The position numbers and the translations under genes are program-made. Below are positions 58,101 to 64,000 of a DNA stretch of 64,000 nucleotides, one piece after another (within the stretch, counting starts at the first letter, position 1; the number at the start of each line of letters is the position of its first letter). The notes beneath the pieces were generated by a model. The model ran no database searches, had not been told where the DNA came from, and saw only the letters and a list, made by a program, of their open reading frames with translations. This DNA is from an uncultured delta proteobacterium (GTDB taxonomy: Bacteria > Myxococcota_A > Polyangia > Fen-1088): NCBI GenBank assembly GCA_963755125.1, contig CAVWIP010000012.1, forward strand, positions 192,001 to 256,000, read 5' to 3'.

Positions 58101-58323
58101 CCGCGACTCCAAGCTGCCGCCCAAGAAGGTCTTCTACTTGCCCAACCGAGGAGACAGAACCCATTTGGCCTTCGAGACCGATGTGCCGCTGTGGCCGGGC
58201 AGCAACCTGATCCAGGTCTTCGCCCGCGAGACCAACGAGATCCAGTCGGTGCAGACCGTGGTGGTGCTCGACCGGGGCGCACCCGCGGTGGTGCAGAAGA
58301 CCGCCGGGCAACCGGCGAAGTGA
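55171..58323 (+). CDS. Large S41 carboxyl-terminal protease with PDZ and C-terminal Ig-like extensions (MXAN_5808-like)
   Basis: LDPHS, FGGLGI, DLRGNPGG, SASASE (Ser), TFGKGSVQ (Lys); GGAG RBS before ATG 55171. Confidence 0.9.
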   Translation: MRRLRKTIILLAACALALVLTIQHRGDDIQLVANASLSAAVHTDGSTYELAQAQIFTKALYYVNNQYFDKTRLDPRRMLVGALDFLQRDVPEILVDRFPEQDPKQVTVRVNGEQKTFPVERVDSPWTLRSTLQDIFRFIQPRLQPVAAKDAARHLVEIEMTATNGMLYTLDPHSVLLDVDSYKDMRTTTQGKFGGLGIVIEMDRKGRILVKKPMPDTPAIRAGLKAKDHIVRINNESTINMTLQEAVDRLRGEVGAPVDVYIERASAPAAKKFTIVRDFIHPPAIDPPPRVLAVPASAGQPAAKVGYFRVISFSANTESDLSRALAFFDREKVKAIIMDLRGNPGGLYDQAQKVADAFIESGVIVSMVGVGGAQRKDEHATRDGDSKVPLAVLVSQNSASASEIVAGAIKNLDRGVVIGETTFGKGSVQMLFDIPSPVPFGNKPEDDKLGLKLTTAQYLTPGDISIQGVGVTPDVELVRMRVEKKNDEAWINLQNSTRRRQESDYEWHLVSPSVRTGTKPEEVVSYLYVPSAAELRRRQDLEDIDTNSPDDDDDSDTAEPEEDRIDFPITLARDLLAQARTPRRLDLVNSSKPLFDKVRAEEDRRLSAALEKLGVDWSTGPANQAPGEIQVTLAVATGEAQVKAGNPVKIRGTVKNVGATTVYRVRAVLKSDNPLFDENEMVFGKIAPGASKTYDLTVKAPKSSLTRTDVIRAEMSGQGALTANSPEMTLNIEGKAHPLFAYSYQTIDDVAGNRDGQVQRGERVRTLVKVKNIGQGAALRTEAILRNGSGQEGILISAGRFESKDLAPGASRTFTFVYEVGADYRGDDYQLDLVVADTVLGESVTDKIKVKLAPAGPAPAAEDQPVTITRSEATLREAPADNALIVGHAPKGTVWRSTGRIGAFQRVEIESGRPAFVAAADVAPGGSLHGSFVPEWQVTPPVLTVSAPTVVAGNTVHLKATASDDSQVKDVYIRVWNRDSKLPPKKVFYLPNRGDRTHLAFETDVPLWPGSNLIQVFARETNEIQSVQTVVVLDRGAPAVVQKTAGQPAK

Positions 58324-58653
58324 AAGGCGAAGGGAAGGGCAACCTGCGCGGGTATTCCGCCCGATGTGCACCCAAGGCAGAGACCATCCCGGGTGCTTCC
58401 GGGCGGCCTCTCCTTTCGTACTCAACAGAAAAGACTGGCAGCGCCCAGGCTAGCGCCACCACCAACACGCGGTCTCGACGAGCATCGAAGTTCGGAGGCA
58501 CGCGTGCATGATGCAGACAGTGTAATCAGAAACCTTCCCTTGTCCAGCCGGCTCAGCGCGGCGAGTGGCTGTACGGACAGCCGTGCGGCCCCAAGGTTGC
58601 ACTGTGCTCTCGCCCGCGATGTTCTGTATAACGACGTGGTGGAAGCCCACGAG

Positions 58654-60957
58654 ATGTTCGAATCACCGCACGCGCCAACATATCATCTGTCAGAATCCCT
58701 GACCCGCGGGTTGAATCCGAGTCAGGTCGCGGCGGTGACCTATCCGGCAGAGCCTCTGCTGGTGATCGCCGGCGCGGGCTCGGGCAAGACCCGCGTGATC
58801 ACCTGCCGGCTGGCCCGCTTCCTGTCCGAGGGAGCCGACCGGCACCGCGTCCTGGCCGTGACCTTCACCAACAAGGCCGCGCGCGAGATGAAGGAACGCG
58901 TGGCGCGCCTGCTCGGGCACGAGGGAAGCGAGTTGCCCGGCATGTGGCTGGGCACCTTCCATGGCCTGTCGGCGCGGCTGCTGCGCCTGTATGGCGAGGC
59001 GGTGGGCATTCGCAAGGATTTCGTGATCTACGACGCGGACGATCAACGCCGACTCATGGCGCGCGTGCTGCACGACCTGAACATCTCCGAGAAGACATTC
59101 CCCGTGCGGCAGGTCGTGGCCATCATCGATCGCTGCCAGAACCAGGGAATCAGCGCGGCCAACTTTCCAGCCTCGAACCCGCTCGACGAGGTCATCGCCA
59201 AGGCCTACCGCAGCTACGAGCAGCGCCTCGCCGCGGCCAACGCGGTGGACTTCGGCGGACTTCTTCTCTGGGCCTTGCGTCTGGGCAGCCCCGACAGCTC
59301 GGTGGCCGCCACGCTGGCCGAGCGCTTCGACCACGTTCTGGTCGACGAGTTCCAGGACACCAACAGCGTACAGTACCGCCTGGTGCGGTTCCTTTCGCGC
59401 CGCACACGCAGCATCACCGTGGTGGGCGACGAGGATCAGTCCATCTACGGCTGGCGAGGCGCCGACATCCGCAACATCCTCGATTTCGAGCGTGACCATC
59501 CCGGCGCCGGCGTGATCAAGCTGGAGCAGAACTACCGCTCCTCGGGGAACATCTTGCGCGCGGCCAACGCCGTGATTGCGCCCAATACCGAGCGTCGGCC
59601 CAAGCGGCTCTTTACCGAGGCAAGCGCCGGAGATCCGGTCGTCGTGTTCGAGGGTGAGACGGAGCGCGAGGAAGCGGAGTACGTGGCCTCGACGGTGCAA
59701 GCCGGGCTGGACAAAGGTGCGGCGCCGCGCGACTTTGCCGTGTTCTACCGGACCAACGGTCAGTCGCGCGTGCTCGAAGAAGCTCTGCGCACGCGCAACC
59801 TGCCCTACATGGTGGTGGGAGGCACGCGCTTCTATGACCGCGCCGAGGTCAAGGACCTGATTGCGTACCTGCGCGTTTTGCAAAATCCCGACGACGCCGT
59901 GGGCCTGGGTCGCATCATCAACGTGCCTGCCCGCGGGATTGGCGACACGACTGTGGATCGCTTGTCGGCGGTGGCACGTGACCGAGGGGTCGGTCTGCAC
60001 GCCGCCCTGGAGATCGCTGCCTCCGAGCCGGGCATCTTGGGGCAGGGACCGCGCAACAAGGTGGCCGCATTCAGCGAGTTGTTGAAGTCCCTGCGCGCGG
60101 CCAAAGATTCGCTGACGCCCGCGGAACTCGCAGAGAAGGTTCTGGAGGACTCGGGCTATCGCGATCAGCTGGCAGCGGAAAACAGCATCGAGGCCGAGGG
60201 TCGTCTGGAGAACCTGATGGAGTTGGTGGCGCAGATGCGCGAGTACGAACGCGAGGCCGAAGAGCCCACGTTGGCGGAGTTCTTGGAACGCATCGCCTTG
60301 GCTTCCGACATGGACAGCTACGATCCTGAGAAGGGCGCGGTCGCTTTGATGACCGTGCACACGGCCAAGGGCTTGGAGTTTCCCGAGGTGCTGGTGGTCG
60401 GCTTGGAGGAGGGCGTGTTTCCCCACCAGCGCAGCATCGACGACGATTCCGCGGTCGAGGAAGAACGCCGCCTGTGTTACGTCGCGCTCACACGCGCGAT
60501 GAAGCGTCTGCACCTGTGTCGCGTGCGCTGGCGCCGGCTGTCGGGCCAGCAACTGGGCGGCGTGCCCAGCCGCTTCTTGGGCGATCTGCCGGCCGAGGTG
60601 ATCGACCATGTGATCACAGCGCGACCGGCGTACCACGACGAGAAAACCGAGGGCGCTGGCCCCTGGCAGGGTCGCTGGAACCGAGGCGAGCCGCCAGCAA
60701 CGGGGCGTGGACGTGGACTTGCCCGTCCCGCGCCCGCGGCCCAGTCCGGGACCATCACGCGACACTACGACCCAGGCATGGCGCGCGGAGAAGAGGGCGA
60801 GTTGGGCCTGCGCGTGGGCGGAAAGTTGCGACACGCGAAATTCGGCGTGGGCGAGGTGCGCGCATGGCAGTCGGTGGGCGACGATTTCAAGGTGACGGTT
60901 CGCTTTGCCAGCGTGGGCGTGAAGACGGTGATGGCAAAGTTCCTGCAAAAACTGTGA
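58654..60957 (+). CDS. uvrD: ATP-dependent DNA helicase UvrD/PcrA
   Basis: AGAGSGKT, TFTNKAA, DEFQDTN, VGDEDQSIYGWRGA, LEQNYRS, TVHTAKGLEF, C-terminal HAKFGVG Tudor-like domain; start uncertain. Confidence 0.95.
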   Translation: MFESPHAPTYHLSESLTRGLNPSQVAAVTYPAEPLLVIAGAGSGKTRVITCRLARFLSEGADRHRVLAVTFTNKAAREMKERVARLLGHEGSELPGMWLGTFHGLSARLLRLYGEAVGIRKDFVIYDADDQRRLMARVLHDLNISEKTFPVRQVVAIIDRCQNQGISAANFPASNPLDEVIAKAYRSYEQRLAAANAVDFGGLLLWALRLGSPDSSVAATLAERFDHVLVDEFQDTNSVQYRLVRFLSRRTRSITVVGDEDQSIYGWRGADIRNILDFERDHPGAGVIKLEQNYRSSGNILRAANAVIAPNTERRPKRLFTEASAGDPVVVFEGETEREEAEYVASTVQAGLDKGAAPRDFAVFYRTNGQSRVLEEALRTRNLPYMVVGGTRFYDRAEVKDLIAYLRVLQNPDDAVGLGRIINVPARGIGDTTVDRLSAVARDRGVGLHAALEIAASEPGILGQGPRNKVAAFSELLKSLRAAKDSLTPAELAEKVLEDSGYRDQLAAENSIEAEGRLENLMELVAQMREYEREAEEPTLAEFLERIALASDMDSYDPEKGAVALMTVHTAKGLEFPEVLVVGLEEGVFPHQRSIDDDSAVEEERRLCYVALTRAMKRLHLCRVRWRRLSGQQLGGVPSRFLGDLPAEVIDHVITARPAYHDEKTEGAGPWQGRWNRGEPPATGRGRGLARPAPAAQSGTITRHYDPGMARGEEGELGLRVGGKLRHAKFGVGEVRAWQSVGDDFKVTVRFASVGVKTVMAKFLQKL

Positions 60958-60969
60958 TCGGTGACCACC

Positions 60970-61452
60970 ATGGCATCAGAAAAACTTGAGGCGAACCGTC
61001 AGATGGTCGAGGCGGCCTTCGTGTGCGATTTCGTGCGTGTGCGCGAGTTGCTCGCTGCAGGCGCCGACCCGAACGCGCGCGATGCGGAGGGCCGCGCGCC
61101 TCTGCACCAGGCGGTGTTGGGTAACAGCGTCGGGTTGGTCGGGCTTCTTCTGGAGGCCAGGGCAGACCTGAACGCCGCCGACGAGCATGGCTGGACCCCG
61201 TTGCACTTCGCCGCCCAGGAATACCTGCCCGAGATCGCGCGCATCTTGCTGGCCAAGGGAGCCGACCCCAACGCCTGCGACGACGAGGGCTGTTCGGTGC
61301 TGTGGCGTGCGGTCTTCTCAGCGGCCGGCCGCTTCGATCTGGTTCGTCTCCTCTGCAAGAGCGGCGCCCGAGATGATCTCGCGAACCTCGAAGGCGTCGC
61401 CCCGCGGGCGCTGGCGGAAAGGCTGGGCTTCACGGTCTTCACCGCAATCTGA
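60970..61452 (+). CDS. Ankyrin-repeat protein
   Basis: GADPNARD..GRAPLHQA, GWTPLHFAA repeats. Confidence 0.9.
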   Translation: MASEKLEANRQMVEAAFVCDFVRVRELLAAGADPNARDAEGRAPLHQAVLGNSVGLVGLLLEARADLNAADEHGWTPLHFAAQEYLPEIARILLAKGADPNACDDEGCSVLWRAVFSAAGRFDLVRLLCKSGARDDLANLEGVAPRALAERLGFTVFTAI

Positions 61453-61614
61453 GTCAGCCGGAGGCTCTTGCAGGTTCCCGGCCCCGCCAGGTTCTTCGAC
61501 AACACCCGCGTCACCCGCATCGCGAAGAAGGGCAGCTTCCTGCAGTCGGCGCGCGCGGGTGTACAGGGACACCGCCCTTCTGTGCGAGCGCCGCGGCTGT
61601 CATACTGATGGCCC

Positions 61615-63477
61615 ATGACCAGCGGCGACCCTGGCCAGCAGACTGCCCCGGCGGCCGCGTGGCCCTCGGGGAATGGCTATGTGCACCTTGCCGCTTTCCT
61701 GCTGTTGCTCTTGCACGCGGGCCTAGTGCTGCACGGGGCTTGCAAGAACGCGCCCGCCTTCGATGAAATGATCTACGCGCCAGCGGGTTACCTCACCCTG
61801 ACGCAAGGGAATCAGGATCTGAACCGCGAGCATCCCCCGGCCATGAAGCTGCTGCTTGGTGCGACCTGGCTGGGCGCGGGAATCAACGACCAAGCAATAC
61901 CTGCACGTGTGCACCCTTTCCTGGTCGGCCAGCGCCTTGTCTATGAAAGTCGAACGCCCGCCATGAGCCTGCTCTTGCGAGCACGGCTTGTCGTGCTGTT
62001 TCTGTCGCTGGGCACGGCGCTGGCCGTGTTTCTGTTGGCGCGACGCCTGGGAGGAACGCCGGCGGCGTTGGTCGCGCTGGCGCTTTATGCCCTGGATCCA
62101 TTGCTGGTGGCTCACGCCGGTTTGGCGACCCTGGATGTGGGGACGGCTGCCTTCTTCTTTCTGGCTGCTTGTGCCTTGGGCTGGGCGGTCGCGGGCGGCT
62201 GGGGAGAGCTGCTGGTGGCAGGCACGGTTCTCGGCGTGGCCCTGGCGTGCAAGTTGTCGACGCTACCTCTGCTGCTGGGGCTGTTCGCATTCGTCGTCCC
62301 AGCCTGTCGTCGGAAACTGCCGGGCTCGCGCTGGCTGACTGTGGTGAGGGGCACGGCCCTGCTCGGCGTGGCCTGCCTGGTGGTTTCTCTGCTTTGTTTG
62401 CCCGCGGGCCCGCGCGCATTTCTGGACGCCATTGCTTGGCAACGAGAGCACGCTCATGCCGGGCATCCGGCCTTTGCCCTGGGTCGCTACGGCGCGCAGG
62501 GCTGGTGGTGGTACTACCCGGTGGCTTGGCTGGTGAAGACGCCGCTGCCCTCGCTGGTCCTGATGTTGTCCGGGCTGGTGGCCATCGCGACGCATCTGCG
62601 ACGCGAGCCGCGCCTGCTGCTGCCGCATGCGGTTTCGTCGCTGGGATGCTTGGCGCTGGTGCTGGCTGGTGGAGTCGCCATCGGCGTGCGCAACTTGCTG
62701 CCGGTGGTTCCCCTTCTGTGCGTGGGTGGTGGATTGGCGGGCGCGCAGCTCTGGACGCAAGGGCGACGCTGGCGTTGGCTGGTTCCCTTGCTGCTGCTGT
62801 GGCTGGCGCAAGGGACGCTGGCAGCCCACCCTTCGGAGTTGTCGTTTTTCAATCAAGCCGTAGGCGGCATGGCCGCGGGTCCGCGCTTGCTGTCCGATTC
62901 CAACGTCGACTGGGGCATCGATCTGGCACGCATCCCCGCGGTGGTTGCTCGGCAGCCGCTGCGCCGCCTGTACCTGGCCTATTTCGGTTCAGCCCGTCCC
63001 GCGGCCCATGGCATTTCCCGCTACCAGTGGATGCCCGCCTACAACTTCGCGCCACGGCTGGCGGTCGACGGTTCCGACCCGCAAGGGCGCGAGTGGATCG
63101 CCATCAGCGAGACGACTTTGACCGGCGTGTATCCGCCCGGGCCTGATGCCTACGCATGGCTCGCCGACGTGGCCCCCACTGCGCGTGCCGGATCGAGCAT
63201 CTTGTTGTTCGACATCACGGGCGACAGCCAGGCCCACAAACGCCTGGGCCTTGCTGCGCTTGCCGCGGGCTCCTTTCCTTCGGCCATTGTCGCGTTGGAG
63301 CGCGCGCTGGAACTGGCTCCGCAGGATGCCGACGCAACCTTGGGCCTGGTGGTCGCCAATCTGCGGTTGAGTCAACATCAGAATGCTTGGAAGCTTTGCC
63401 TCGCGGCACCGGCTGCTCTTCTCCAGCACCCGGCGTGCGAGTCGGCGCGGAAGCTCGCATCGCAGGCGCTTCCCTAG
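61615..63477 (+). CDS. GT-C (ArnT/PMT-like) membrane glycosyltransferase with a C-terminal TPR
   Basis: PAFDE, NREHPP, many TM helices, LSDSNVDWG, ALERALELAP. Confidence 0.8.
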   Translation: MTSGDPGQQTAPAAAWPSGNGYVHLAAFLLLLLHAGLVLHGACKNAPAFDEMIYAPAGYLTLTQGNQDLNREHPPAMKLLLGATWLGAGINDQAIPARVHPFLVGQRLVYESRTPAMSLLLRARLVVLFLSLGTALAVFLLARRLGGTPAALVALALYALDPLLVAHAGLATLDVGTAAFFFLAACALGWAVAGGWGELLVAGTVLGVALACKLSTLPLLLGLFAFVVPACRRKLPGSRWLTVVRGTALLGVACLVVSLLCLPAGPRAFLDAIAWQREHAHAGHPAFALGRYGAQGWWWYYPVAWLVKTPLPSLVLMLSGLVAIATHLRREPRLLLPHAVSSLGCLALVLAGGVAIGVRNLLPVVPLLCVGGGLAGAQLWTQGRRWRWLVPLLLLWLAQGTLAAHPSELSFFNQAVGGMAAGPRLLSDSNVDWGIDLARIPAVVARQPLRRLYLAYFGSARPAAHGISRYQWMPAYNFAPRLAVDGSDPQGREWIAISETTLTGVYPPGPDAYAWLADVAPTARAGSSILLFDITGDSQAHKRLGLAALAAGSFPSAIVALERALELAPQDADATLGLVVANLRLSQHQNAWKLCLAAPAALLQHPACESARKLASQALP

Positions 63478-63486
63478 AGCACCTGT

Positions 63487-64000
63487 TCACCGCGCGCAGG
63501 TCCGACCGGCTTCTCGCGTGCGTCGGACGAAGAGGATGCCAGCGCCGCTTCCCGCGCCCAGGAGCAGGAGGAGCACGATCCACCCCTCGGTTCGGTACTT
63601 GTCCGTCTCGTAGAGCCAATGGTCGACGCGGGCCCGGTCGTAGGTGGCCTTGGCGTCGATGGCGAGGCGGGTGTGGCGACGCCAGGGCGCATCCTCGGAG
63701 GCGCGCTTCCAGTCGTCGCCGAAAGGCACGTGCCGCGCCAGCCAGAGATGGCCGAGGATGGGCTGGAACGGACCCAGCCAGACTGTGGGATAGGTGTCCT
63801 CGAAGCAACCCTCGCAGAAACCGCCCTTGTCCGCGGTCAGGGATGCGATGCGGTTGGGAGAACCGAGCCACCGGGTGCGCACGTCGAGCCCGATGCGAAT
63901 GTAGTGGTCCCAGTAGAAGGCATTGCCCAGAAGTTGCACGCACAGGCCGACAGCCAGCACCGCGGCCGCCAGCACGCGCCCGGGCCGGCGCGCGGCGGAG
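63487..64000 (-). CDS. C-terminal part of a membrane protein (5' end outside the window)
   Basis: Open frame to the window edge with TM segments flanking a soluble loop. Confidence 0.65.
   Translation of the reverse strand, partial: SAARRPGRVLAAAVLAVGLCVQLLGNAFYWDHYIRIGLDVRTRWLGSPNRIASLTADKGGFCEGCFEDTYPTVWLGPFQPILGHLWLARHVPFGDDWKRASEDAPWRRHTRLAIDAKATYDRARVDHWLYETDKYRTEGWIVLLLLLGAGSGAGILFVRRTREAGRTCAR

Noticed and set aside
58690..60948. 752-aa minus-strand ORF
   Set aside because: Antisense shadow of uvrD.

Overview
High-GC core-genome window from a myxobacterium (Myxococcota, probably class Polyangia; inferred from the gliding genes and the 16S sequence). Left to right: gliding genes (partial GltD/AgmU-like, GltC-like, divergent CglC/GltK-like lipoprotein), yraN, the rpsP-khpA-rimM-trmD-rplS operon, a tetraheme cytochrome fusion, threonine dehydratase, nadA, a coaX operon ending in a Fam20-like kinase, DUF2254, a REC-GAF-HD-GYP protein, a ~1850-aa lipoprotein with 15 Ig-like repeats, gyrA, hemL, prmC, bamD, an mpl-GNAT fusion, tyrS, a complete minus-strand rrn operon (16S-tRNAIle-tRNAAla-23S-5S), HNH-hemD-hemB, a sigma54 two-component pair, rsmI, an S41 protease, uvrD/pcrA, an ankyrin protein and GT-C-like membrane proteins. 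The most striking unexplained signal is a short two-hairpin repeat family (ATGGGAACCC-N5-GGGTTCCCA...CCCTCCCGCG...hairpin...ACGCGA, ~76 bp) at eight loci. All eight are in or next to translation genes. One copy is an in-frame 25-codon insertion inside rimM, one supplies the trmD stop codon, and several build a ~165-nt intervening sequence in 23S helix 45. Some copies carry a second ~60-bp module nested inside their own hairpins. No mobilising enzyme is encoded in the window. Three genes show short frameshifts that may be assembly indel errors. All family assignments come from motif recognition and recall, not database searches.
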